Under the pieces are notes generated by a model. That model had not been told where the DNA came from and made no database searches. It saw only the letters and a program-made list of their open reading frames with translations. Shown one piece after another: positions 12,368 to 29,770 of a stretch of 64,000 nt of DNA (its first letter is position 1; each line of letters begins with the position of its first letter). The DNA lies in contig OZ024742.1 in NCBI GenBank assembly GCA_964016885.1, forward strand, positions 3,348,001 through 3,412,000. The letters are read 5' to 3'. The stretch is from Eledone cirrhosa (Eukaryota). Position numbers and translations under genes: made by a program.

Positions 12368-12644
12368 TTATCTCCCCCTGTTTGCTGAAATTAAAGTAAG
12401 TGAGTCTGTCACTACTCTAAAACAATAGCATAAGGTCTTCAAAATGCTTTTTATGAAGCATACAGTGTATTGCAAAATACACTATATATACATTCATATA
12501 TATATATATATGCAGAAGTTATATTTAATTTGTGGGGATTCAACAAGCTTAAAAGTTTTATAACTGATATAAAACACTCAACAGATAACTGGATTAAATA
12601 TTCAATATATTAATAAATGGAAGCTATATTTATAAAACCATAAT

Positions 12645-12709
12645 TATTTTATTATATATATTTCAAGGGCTACCAAGGCAATTTTGGTGCGCTTTCATCG
12701 GATAAAATA
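12645..12709 (-). ncRNA. Hammerhead ribozyme (CCGAUGA core) near the end of an AT-rich PLE-like tail (~12512-14100)
   Basis: TATTTTAT CCGATGA AAGCGC ACCAA..TTGGT AGCCCTT GAAA TATATA TA ATAAAATA. Confidence 0.7.
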
Positions 12710-14221
12710 CAAAATATGTTTCATAAATGTTGACATGCCCGTAGAAAAACAACCTTGACGGTTCGCTGGATAGGGGAATACATTTTTTATTGAGGGTAAT
12801 TCAAAGTTTTGTGTGAGTATGTAAATGAATGTCTGAAAAAATTGAAAGAACAACCGTTTATTTAAATTATACTGTTGGAAGAAGAGAGAGAAAAAAGAGA
12901 GAGAAAAGGAGAAAGAAAAAGAGAAAAAAGGGGGAGAAAGAAAGAAAGAGAGAAAAAAATTATATGCAGAGTAATAGTGAAAAAAATGAAGGGACGAGCG
13001 AAAGATTAAGCTTTTCCGAGGATGAGTACGTAAATCGTAAATATATCATGCTTTTATGCTATGTTTATATTAAAAATAATGATGAATTAAAAAATAATGT
13101 TAAATTAAAAAATAGAGATATATTACAATAAATGATTTAAAAGTATAATGTTTTACATTGGAAAAATATTGAAAATCAAGTTTTGTTATTAGTTATTATG
13201 AGATAAGTTCGACAAAAATATATTTAGCCAGAATTTGTTACCGGTTGTAAATCAAATCTTAAATACTTAGCAAAATTACAAAGGTTACGAAAAATTACGG
13301 GAGTTTACAAAGATTAAATAATTAATTAAAAGTATATACTAAAACCATTTAAAATTCTGACTAAAAATTCAGACTATAAAAATTAAGACTATAAAAATTA
13401 AGACTATAAAAATTAAGACTATAAAAAACCATAAAGAAGTTTTAAGAGAATTTTTTAAGATCTCAAAAAGACTCCAAAGATACACAAACATCTTTTTTAA
13501 AATCTTTTAAAATGTTTAAAGACTTCATAAATTATAATTAAAACCTAAAATTATTCAAAAATATAAAGAAGTATTAAGAAATATTTGAAAATAGTTAAAT
13601 ATTTAAAATATTAAAAATATTTAAAAGTGTTTAAAATATTGAAAATATAAAATTCAAAAAATATATTAAAATATTAGTTTACCCAAAAAGAATAGTTTTT
13701 ATAATTTAAAAAACATTTTTTTTTTAAATCGTTGAAATATTTTTAAATTTTCATAAAAGTTTTTTTAAGTTTCAAGTAATCATTCCAAAAAGATTATGAG
13801 ATATATTGGAAGTAAGATAGATAAAGGTAAAAATAAAGGTAAAAATAAAGGTAAAAATAAAGGTAAAAATAAAGGTAAAAATAAAGATAATTATGAAGTA
13901 GAAATATTAAAATGTAAAGGTTTTAAGAAGTAAATTAGAAATTTAAGAAGTGTATTATATATATTTACGAAGTAAACGATATTAAAATTAGAATTACATT
14001 AAATTTCTGAAACAATGGATATAATTTAAGAAATGAGATTATAGGTGTTTGGATAGAGTAAACCATATGTAAGGAAGTTTAAGCGTGTAATTACATTTTA
14101 TATATATATCTAAAAGTTGAATTTAAACGATGTTTACAAGAACTATATAAATTATTACGCAAATTAATGGAGTTATATATATATATACATCAAAATAAAT
14201 ATATGAGAAAAATCAACGTAC

Positions 14222-14366
14222 CTCGTGCATTTGATTTCAACTTGAGATTGTCAACTATTTTATCGTAAGCTTCTGTACCAGCCACTCCGGAATCTTTCAG
14301 AAGTTTCTCAGTTCTCGCTATACATATTCCATTGTCACGTAGATGCTTTTCGACTTCGTTGAAACC
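14222..14366 (-). CDS. Internal exon of a metabotropic glutamate receptor-like class C GPCR (mangetout/mXR type), ligand-binding domain
   Basis: tttttag|GGT...CGA G|gtacgt; 145 nt, phase 0 to 1; GFNEVEKHLRDNGICIARTEKLLKDSGVAGTEAYDKIVDNLKLKSNAR. Carries the mGluR ICIA.x.EK motif and a KDSGVA..AYD.IV motif recalled from Drosophila mangetout. Confidence 0.88.
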
Positions 14367-14820
14367 CTAAAAAATAATGGTTCACATATAAAATTGTTCA
14401 GCTCATGATACTTACATGTTTTATATATATATATATATATTTATTTATTTATATGTGTGTATGTGTGCGTGTGCATTGCGCATATATATATATATACACA
14501 CATATATATTCGAGCTTTTACAGATATATATACATACGTACACATTATATATATATATATATAAAGATAGATAGATATGTGTGTGTATGTGTGTGTTTTC
14601 AATTTGTTATAAAATACTGGAAATCAATGAATAATAATAAATGGGATACACTGTCACCAACAGGTAAAATCAGATCATGTGGTTCCATAATCTATGTTTA
14701 AAGGTCACATGTTTACCAGATCTAACCAACACCATCACCACCTTTCTTCACCCTCAATATACAACACCAACGAAATATTCTTCTCACATTGAAACATATT
14801 TCAGAGCTACTGTAAGTTGA

Positions 14821-14891
<71 letters not shown>

Positions 14892-15004
14892 TGGCTGTCA
14901 TTATAATTAATTTTTGTTCACTTGGTTTCTCTTACGTGTTTTTTCTTAGATCTCCAACGATATGTCATACACATTTCGTAATATACTTTTTTCTTTCCAA
15001 ACAA

Positions 15005-15140
15005 TGAAAGCTTTTAAGCGATGTGACAATAACAGATGTCCTATTTGCAACATACTTTAAATTCAAAGAAATCAATCTACAAGATGGCAGGCGTTCAAAT
15101 ATTATTCTCAGTTCAAAAGAAAACACTTACTTTCCATCTA
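15005..15140 (+). pseudogene. Possible old PLE linker zinc-knuckle remnant
   Basis: KRCDNNRCPICNIL (Cx4Cx2C), followed by a stop. Confidence 0.3.
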
Positions 15141-15463
15141 AATCATTCACATAACAGTTACAGTATCATTTCCTTAGCTTTTTTTATCGTGTATTCGATA
15201 CTTAGATTCGAATTGCTTGAAAAGTACAATGCCATTAAAAATATAAAAGGTGCATTGAATAATTAGATGGTGTTTAAATAACAACACTTATAACCTTTCA
15301 TGTAAGACCTTGTAAAATCGTTTAATATTTCTTTCACAATATTTATATGTAAGATCATCAAAGCAAGTGTTTCAGATTGTGTGTTTGTAGTCGTAGCATT
15401 TTAGAAGGGAAAGAACCTACAACACAAGTAAGGTGATGAATACATGATGTAAACAGAGAGGTA

Positions 15464-15580
15464 AGGCGGTGAATTGGTGGAGTCACTTCAACGCCGGATA
15501 GAATGTTGTATTCGGCTCTCTGCTATCTCAGTTGAAAACCAGCCGAGGTCAACTTTGTCTTTCATCAATTCGAGGTCTAT
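15464..15580 (+). mobile_element. Degenerate tRNA-derived SINE
   Basis: GGCGGTGAATTGGTGGAGTC head; GCCGAGGTCAACTTTGTCTTTCATC body. Confidence 0.7.
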
Positions 15581-16311
15581 ATCTACTTTTAACTTCCTCT
15601 CTGTCACTTTCTATTCTTCTCTGATAGAAATCTGCTGTGTTCAGGCCCGGAGAGGAATGAGCTTCATTAGGTTTAATAATACCCTAGAAAGGCCGTATGC
15701 AACTATGGTGTCCCTACAACTCCATGAATTATGGGACCTTAGATGCAAAGATATTTAAACCAGTTTCCAAACAGAGTTACATTTCCTGCAATATATCGGA
15801 TACTCATCATTCTCCAGTCATTGGACAGCATGTATTCAGCACATCTATGATCAGAGGTGTTCAGTCAATGACCATCCTAACTTTTACATATATATCATGG
15901 ACTATAACTAAATACAGACCCCTTATAAACAAACGTGGCCAGTGGTTGTTATGAAGAATCGAACGCAAAATCTTTCAAATACCTGCTGACTTGTTATTGA
16001 GGTAAACAATAAACTATTGTCTAAATTGGAAGTTAAATCAAACAGTTTTTAAATATTCTCGACATGGAATGCAACGTTTGTAGTTTTGAGGCACTGAGAT
16101 AAAATGAGGTTTATAGAAAATGTAAGTACACACGGATGGAGGGAAATAACTGTAAATACAAAAGGTTGCTATAAATAGCTGAGATATGGAGTTGGAATCT
16201 TCATAACGAACATTGGCTAGAATTTCCAAGCTGTATATACCGACCATCTATATTTACAGGTATTTTCTGTGTGTGTCTTTCCCTACATTTCTATGAATAT
16301 ATATATATATA

Positions 16312-20588
<4,277 letters not shown>

Positions 20589-21202
20589 AACGAAACATTT
20601 GTAACTTTAACTACATTTGCATCGCTTGTAAAACCAAAATATTCTCTGTTGAAGTAGTAGAGCACACCTTACTCTTAGAGAAGCACCGAAATTTGGAATA
20701 TACAAAGAAAGAAATGTTTCCTTTAGACTCAAGGATGCTGTGAAAGGCTGAAAGTCAACCTGTCAACGGCTTATATAGACATATTTGACTAGAGAAAAAC
20801 TAAATTATATACAGTAAAGCAATATCTCTGACTTGTCTCTCTACTTAACGGCATGATACATTAGGCCTATTAATTAATTTTTGTCATGAGTGCTGCACAG
20901 TAAAGAATAAAGAGGTAAACTGCCGGAAATTCACAGCCTTGTTACATGTTTTACATTCGAATCTCAAGATATTTTTCTGTCCACTTCTGCTACAAATGGA
21001 CTTCGAAAGGGAATTAATAACACCTTGCTGCCTCCTACATTTAAGCATTTATAACATTTACAACATTGCTTTAAACTAAACAGAATACATCGAATCGTAA
21101 ATGTAACCAATTCGGTATTCCTGACGTCCTTGTGTTAAGTGATTGCATGAAGGGAAAGCTATTTAGACACTCTCTCTGTCTGTCTCACCGGTCTCTCAGT
21201 AT

Positions 21203-21555
<353 letters not shown>

Positions 21556-21898
21556 ATAGGTAAACACACATACACACATATATATATGTGTGTATGTGTC
21601 TATATATAAATATAAATACACGCACACACGCTTACTTACTTACACACGCATTATATAGTTGAAAAACGAGTAATGTTCCATACAGATAAAAAATTATAGG
21701 CAAAAATTAAAACAGCACACAGCTATATTTAAAGATAATGTTTTTATTTAATCCGAAAGAATGAATATTTTTATCTAAATCCATTCTATATAACAATTAT
21801 AGAAATATACTTTTTGCCGGATTAAAGTAAAAAAATAAACTTTAAATATAATCGTGTACTTTTTCACCTATGTATATATATATACACACACATACACT

Positions 21899-21987
<89 letters not shown>

Positions 21988-22034
21988 TGTATATATATAT
22001 ACACACACATACACTTACATATATATATATATAT

Positions 22035-22743
22035 ATAGTAATAATAATAAATTTGAAGACTAAAATCCAAAGAGGGGTCGATAAGGATAAACATATATCA
22101 AATATATAAGAACTGTAGAACAAATATTTATTAAAATAACAGATTAAAGTTTAAGCAAAGAATCGCTGCTTTCACCCTTAATGGGATCTTCTGAAACTAA
22201 AAAAATCAATCTGTGAATGCAGAAGTAAATATTTCGAAAAGCGAAGACAGGAAGACGATACTTTGATTCGTTGAGATGTTCCCTGGCAAAGAACGGAAAA
22301 AAACGAAGTTAATACATCATAAGGATGAAAGGCCGAGGTTAACTTTGGCTTTCATCCTTACGAGGTCGATAACATAAAGTACCAGTAATGTACTTGGTAA
22401 TTGCTGGCCTTGTGCCAATAGTAGAAACAATTATCTGGAGCGGTGAGAACAATTACACGCAAAGACAAAACCACGTCCATGGTATAAATTAAGTCGTAGA
22501 CTAGTATTCTATTAGGTGGTTCGTGGTGACGTTACCTGGCAATGAGCGGAAAAACGAAGATAATACGTCATTATGTGGACCGATGAGAACAATTACACGC
22601 AAAGACAAAACCACGTTTATGGTATAACTGAGGTCGTAGTTTTTCGAAATATTTACTTCTGCGTTCACAGATTGATTTTTTAGTTTCAGAAGATCCCGTG
22701 AAAGGTGAAAGCAGCGATTCTTTTCTTAAACTTTAATCTGTTA

Positions 22744-22752
<9 letters not shown>
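22035..22752 (-). mobile_element. Fold-back PLE tail (family of 45752-48703) with nested SINE fragment (~22320-22435)
   Basis: Arms ~22130-22240 / 22641-22752; CAGAAGA-core hammerheads at 22148-22198 (-) and 22682-22732 (+). Confidence 0.8.
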
Positions 22753-22794
<42 letters not shown>

Positions 22795-24347
22795 GAGGAA
22801 TTTTGCCGACATAATGTCTAACATTAAATATGCTAGTATTTTATGTTTACAAGATTCTCCACATTTTTTCATCAGATCAGACATTTTAGAAAATATAATT
22901 CATTTCCTAAATAGGCTCACATTTACACTGTAGGACAAAATACGATTCAACATTTCTTCCAGCTCTCTGTGTTGTGAGATCAAATCCCTGTACAGAAAAT
23001 GATGTACAACCCTGCTTTATATCATTTTTAAGTGTCGGACGTTTCTCAAAATCTACATGTCCACATTGGTAGAATATTTAGAGTGTAGAATAAGATGCAT
23101 TACGCTATTAATTCAAGGTATCTTTTCTATGTGATCAATTCTCACCGATCTTTAATTATTTTTCAGTGTCCATGATATGTGAAAACTAAATATCGACATG
23201 GTAAAGTTGTTACAACCTCGGCTGCTTACTAATAGGGCTTTCTGAGCTGTGATTTCAGATCTTGACCAAATCACTATTGCCTTACATCCCTTCGAAATAC
23301 CAGGTGAATACTGGAGTAGATCCTTCATCTACATTTCTTTCTCATTTCTATTTCTCTTTATCTCTGTCTGGAAGTAATTGGTTGTGATCCGACCTGGGGT
23401 GGGAAGAGCTCCGACAAGTTCAAATGTCCAAGACACGTCACGTGTCATGATGGCGTGTCTACAACTCCAACTGTTTAGAACCACGGAATATAACAATAAC
23501 ACGTGTCAGTTGAAGAGTCGTTAAAACTGGAGACGCAGTAGATTTTGTTATTTCTTCCAAGCCTGAACAGTGAGGTTCAATCCCAATGAGTAATTTCAGT
23601 TACTACATAGAGGCTTTATTACTGACTGGATTTCCATTGGTTCAACATTGTCCATCATGAGGCTACAATCCCCAGCTGATTCAGGTATTAACAGGTTCAT
23701 TTGAGAAGATTGGAGCAACGTAAAATGAAGCGTGAAGCCCAAGGAAACACGGCACCGCTCGGTACAAGAATCGACACTCGGCATTGCGAAGTTTGTGTCG
23801 ATACAATTTATAAAAATACTTTAGTCCAGTGCTACCAACAATAACCCTAGTTCAAAGCTACTGACATCGTTGATAAAATAACATCGTAATAAAATATAAA
23901 TCTCCATTAAATCATATTGACATTAGTGTAAATTTTGGTGAAATGTATGTATCGTTGGTCAGTTTAACTTTGATGGTAAATCACATATGACAACCTTAAG
24001 TATCAGATCAATATATTGTTTTGCACCTTTTACTCTTTAACTCATAAAAGAAACTTCGCTACATTAAACAAAGCTACAAATAGATTCTTAATCATGAAAG
24101 GAACAAAGATATTTATTTTAAAATCAATGGTGAATCTGATTGTACAACCATCACTGCAGAACAAATTAATATTCTGTTTATTTTTGTTTATTATTCATAG
24201 ACATGATAGTAGAATACGTTGACAGTTGTAGGGTGATATTTCATAGTGTTACTGTCAGATGTACCAGGCTAAGTTGATACCGAAAATAAATATAGATACA
24301 TATTCCTATGGCTAAAGTTGAGTTCCATAATATCACACACACAAACA

Positions 24348-24434
<87 letters not shown>

Positions 24435-24631
24435 CAAATAGTTTATCGGTCTACATGACTGAGTACAATAAATATAATCTGAGTTTTTCGAATATTAGTA
24501 ATGATATTTGATTAGTTTGTAATTATGCAAACACCCTCTTTAAAGCCATGTCAGTAGAAAGATCCTATCATTCTTGATCTTGGGTTGGCATATAAACAGA
24601 TCTATAAACATAGACATACATGCACACACAC

Positions 24632-24756
<125 letters not shown>

Positions 24757-24768
24757 ATATATATATAT

Positions 24769-25594
24769 ATGAAACAAAAACAAAGTGCGCTTACATCATC
24801 AATTAATATTTATTTGCTTACAGTGTTTCGTCCTTGCATAATTGCAGGACTCATCAGAGCATTATAAAGAGGAATTAGATCAATAGTATAAACTCTACCG
24901 ACCTATATCACAAGAACGATCCATATGTAGCACAGAGGACTAAGAAGAGTGGGGTGCTTGGACGACACATCACCGCTAGAAGCCGATACATATAAGACCA
25001 AAATCAGTTACAATAATTAAAGATAAGGAAAAATAAAAGATAAGGAAGTTAAAGATAAGAGATAAAGCGTGAAGGGTAGAGTCTAGAGGTAAGGATGAAA
25101 TAAAGATAACAATAAAGTGATGATAATATAAGAAAATATAAAAAAAATAATAAAAATAATAAAAATAAAAATGAGAATAAAATATGAGAATAAAAGGTGA
25201 TATATTATAAAAATAAAACATAAAATATAACACATTATATAATCAATGCAAATAAATGCAAACAAATGTAGTTGTAGACAGTAAAAGATTTCAGAGGTGA
25301 CAGTTTAAGAATAATATTAACGAAAGTGAATGATGTAGGCAGAGTCAGATATAGCGGGAGCCAGATAAAGCGATCATATAGTGGAATTCCATGTAGCCAT
25401 CACAGTATGGCAACAAGTGTTATAGGTGGCGTTCAAATGCAATTTATCTGTGTGGTTCATAGAACATATAGGTCGCCAAAGCAAAGCGTAGTGGAGACAG
25501 GTGAAAGCAATCATCATGGATATCAGTAGAATATAACGTTTACGTGTGTCTGTTCGCGTATAAGTCTACATAAACCTACGTACATACGCACACA

Positions 25595-25682
<88 letters not shown>

Positions 25683-25852
25683 CATACATGTATCCACGTG
25701 TACCATTCGTCCGTGTTACCCCTTACGATTACAATACCATCCACTCCAGGCTCATGTTGGGATCAATACCTCCGAATCATAGCTGTGGGGTTGTGAGTCC
25801 ATGCAAGCCTAAGTTTCCCAGCATACCACGTGGTGTAACGAATGACTTAAAT
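24769..25852 (-). mobile_element. PLE-type non-coding tail; near-identical inverted copy at 49585-50635
   Basis: Identical spurious ORFs 25326-25529 and 49864-50067; hammerhead 24816-24860 (-). Confidence 0.8.
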
Positions 25853-26017
25853 TATCCAAGTCATATAAGTAGAGATGTAACTATACATATCAATCTGTAA
25901 GGTACATTCGGCGCAGTCACTGTATCGCTGACTATATTCCAACCTGGTACAATGGTACTCCAATATGTTCTAATTTAATTAATTAAATCAAATCAATTGA
26001 CCGTTTAACTCCAGTGT

Positions 26018-26066
<49 letters not shown>

Positions 26067-28855
26067 CTTAGATTAATAGGAGTTAGGTATTGTATACCCG
26101 TGTCCTATTAAGGTATTGGCAGCATAATAATTATCTCTATGCTTTGGAGCAGAGCCGTATATATGAAAAAGAACACAAGAGCGTCTACAACATCAATAGA
26201 TTTTTATTGGCTTACAATGTTTCTTCCTTACGTAACCGTAGGATTCGTCAGAGCTATAAAAGGGGTTTGATTGGTGTTATGGACTCTACCAACCAAACAT
26301 TCAAGAACAAAGAGTAAAGAGAGTAAAGAGCAAAAGTAGGGGACGATAAGTCTAATTTTTGGTGCGGGAGGGTGGGGTGTGGGTCCTTGTTTACTAGCTG
26401 CGGTCATATTCATTCCCGGGAGTCGGGTGGTTAGCTGAACCATAGATGGGGTGGCGTCGATAGTATGGTGCAGAGGGTGCGCAGAGGCTACACAAACACA
26501 AAGGGCATACAATATATACATATATATAGCGGAGGAGAAAGTACATGAGGTAATTAGAAATGGAAAAAGAGTAATAATAATAACCTATAATTAATAGTGT
26601 ATAATAAGGCATGGGGAAGATTACACTATAATAAGGTATAAAAGTAACAATAAGGTAAAATATAAAGGAGGATAGAAGTGGAAATAATAAAGATAAAAAA
26701 ATATATAGAGAGAATATATAAAGAAATATAAGCGAATATTTGGAGGGGAAAACACAATTTAAAAAACCCCGATTTTTTCAAATAATAATAAAAATATAAT
26801 AATTATGGGGGGAGAAAACGGGATACAGAAATATGATCAAATGTGATTAGTTGGGAGAATATAAGATGATAATAGTTATGTCAAGTTTATACATCTTAAT
26901 AATAAATAATCTGTGTATCAGAGTTGCAGAACCTTCAATTCACTTACGGGTTCAAGCCACGTGGCATGGTCCATTGTTTATCTGTGCGGTCATGCGCGTT
27001 TGTTTTTGACACCACAGCAGATGCACAAGTTCGTAAATTCCAATGCAGATAGAAATCTATTTTTGCTCACCCGGACATTGACGGAGGATCCAATATTCCT
27101 AGTTCAATATGTGTGTGGTGTTATTTTGGTCGCACAAATCAATCACTTGGTTCAATATTATGGAGTATGGTTTTCTGGTCTTCGTAACAGTGTCAGTGGT
27201 TGTATATCTGGAAATCACAAGGATCACAGTACTCCGGTTTGGTGTGATTATCGGTCATCCAGGTATGTTGTTGGTAGTTGGATTCAATTCTATTCGCCCG
27301 AACGTTGAACTTTGGTGTCGATAGGACATTAACGAGACAGGGTGAGATCGCATCTGTGGTACAAAACGGTACGCAAGGAAATTCTACGTACTAATTGTGG
27401 GGTTAATCGGTCAAGTCAGCAACTGACCGAAAATTCAGACAGGCATGACAGGCACATTTAGGTCGGCAGCTTCTTTATGTGTACGTGTGTCCGACACACA
27501 CAGACACATATTTATATGTATTTCAACTCAAAAAACTCAATTGATTCACCCACTGGTACTACAATCGGTCAAGACAGCAACTGGCCGACAATTCCCTTAG
27601 GAATTCAGACAGGCATGACAGGTATATTTAGGTCAGCAGCTTCTTTATGTGTACGTGTGTCCGATACACACAGACACATATCCATATGTATTTCAACTAA
27701 AAAAATGCAGTTGATTCCCCTATTGATATTATATCTGTGTTGCTCGGATGTGCATGCTGTGGTGTTCTGGTCGTGCATAGCATTCACTGTGTTTTGCCAT
27801 TACCTTGGAATGTGATGTTATGGTCATCAATAGTCCGGAAAGCGTATTTCGCTCTTATATTGCGGAGAATGGTGTTCTGGTCCTCAGTAAACATTTGGGT
27901 CAGCAGGAGGGGTGGTAGTTCTCAGTTTCAACTTCGACAATACATATGTGTTACTCTGCATATCGTGCTCCTCTCAGAGAAGAGTATTATAAGAGGAATT
28001 CATGCCACACACCACATATAGAGAGAATTTCTACAGAAAAGTATACATGCATATACACATACATACACACATCATACACTTACACATACACATACACACT
28101 CATACGCATACATACATATATTCACATACATGTCACATATACACACATATACACAATATAATACGCATGCATACAATATACATATATATATATACATACA
28201 ATATACATGCATACAATGCACGCACACATGCGTGCATGCATGCACACACGCACGCACACCCACACATATGTCTGCGTGTGTGTGCGTGTGAGAGAGAAAA
28301 GGAGAATACACACACACACACACACACACGCAAAAACACCATCCTTGTAGGGGACTGTACCACTCTTAGTGTACCTATCTATCTGGGTTACGGGTTAGGG
28401 GGGGGAACGGGAGAAGCTATAGTCTAGGTGGGGGTTGCGTGATATATGTTACGTCTATGTGCTAGGTTTAAAATAGAAGAAACTCAGGATTTTGTGTTGG
28501 CAAGAGGAGAAAATTTCCGATTTCCTGTTAAGCAGGTTCAGTTTAGAGTGTCTTTACGTGGTTTACATTTAGCTGGGTTACCGCCATTAGGGTTCTTACT
28601 ATTATTCTTGCCTCTAAGTTGGTTAGGCTTTGTGGCCGTACTATGTGTGATTATGTTGGTAGGTTTCACACTCATCGTTTGAGAGTCCTTATGTATATAT
28701 GATAATCTACTCCCGTAACCAGATTCTGCTAGGGCCTTGTCATAATACTCTGCATTGGAGTTGAAGATACTCTCATTACAGGACAGTTTTCTAATTCTAT
28801 TAGAGACAATACTAGAGTCCCTCACCACAACTCTAAAACAGTAAATGATCACGCC

Positions 28856-29770
28856 ATGAATATAAACCATCCGGGCTTAAGCAAAACAGACAACGCCACT
28901 AACGATAATAACGGAACCCTACAAAATAGTACGCACAGTAGCGAGACTCACCCCACAGATAAGAAAAATAGAAGAAGGAAAAACATGTATTTTAACCCAC
29001 CTTTTAACTCTGAGGTCCTCACTAACCTCCCCAGAGTATTCTTCTCATTATTTGAAAAAAACTTCCCACCAGGCAATAGATATCGCAACATAATTAACAA
29101 AAACGTGATTAAATTATCCTATTCGACCACACCTAACCTCGCATCACACCTAGCACGCACGAATATTAGGAAAACTAGGGAAGGCTTCGAAGCAATTAAA
29201 ATGGCAGTTAACCACCAGCAACCGACTACACTGGAAAATGGGCAACATAATAGCATCAATGAGCCATCTAATGATATAGAGGCACCTAGTGATAATGCTA
29301 GTAACCAAACTTCGGTAGGTAAGCTAACTAATCGAACCCGCAGTTGCAATTGTAGGCGGGGTAGTAACTGTCCCCTAAGGGGGGATTGCCTCATGAAAAA
29401 CATAGTATATGCATGTGACGTAACCACACACAACTCTACCAAAACATATATAGGAGCAACGTCCAATACATTTAAAACTAGATTTAACGCGCATATGTTC
29501 ACATTTAGACACGATAGACATAAGAATGCCACCTCACTGGCGGGATACATCTTTTTAAAAAATAATAGTACCCCATACAAACTTTTTTGGAGGAAGCTTA
29601 CTAGATCCACGCCATACCGACCGCAGAGCGGAAGTTGTGACCTGTGTTTACTGGAATGCCATGCCATAATACACTCTAAACTGAACCTGCTTAACAGGAA
29701 ATCGGAAATGTTCTCCTCTTGCCAACACAAAATCCTGAGTTTCTTCTTCTATTTTAAACCTAGCACATAG
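28856..29770 (+). CDS. Naiad-like PLE linker and GIY-YIG endonuclease (5'-truncated, open frame)
   Basis: YFNPPFN..IKLSYSTTPN..CNCRRGSNCPLRGDC..IVYAC..YIGATSNTFKTRFNAH..CDLCLLE..LLNRKSE..CQH. Confidence 0.9.
   Translation: MNINHPGLSKTDNATNDNNGTLQNSTHSSETHPTDKKNRRRKNMYFNPPFNSEVLTNLPRVFFSLFEKNFPPGNRYRNIINKNVIKLSYSTTPNLASHLARTNIRKTREGFEAIKMAVNHQQPTTLENGQHNSINEPSNDIEAPSDNASNQTSVGKLTNRTRSCNCRRGSNCPLRGDCLMKNIVYACDVTTHNSTKTYIGATSNTFKTRFNAHMFTFRHDRHKNATSLAGYIFLKNNSTPYKLFWRKLTRSTPYRPQSGSCDLCLLECHAIIHSKLNLLNRKSEMFSSCQHKILSFFFYFKPST

Larger units (their letters stand above)
11806..12500 (+). mobile_element. Non-coding hammerhead tandem (~321-bp period; retrozyme-like or pLTR tandem) with 5' inverted arm
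   Basis: Direct repeat ~11950-12180 / 12270-12500; inverted arm 11806-11952 versus 12065-12210; two hammerheads. Confidence 0.8.

Noticed and set aside
16038-16247. YEDSN peptide resembling the mGluR YEESNYG motif
   Set aside because: The flanking W.YVS and YG residues and suitable splice sites are absent.
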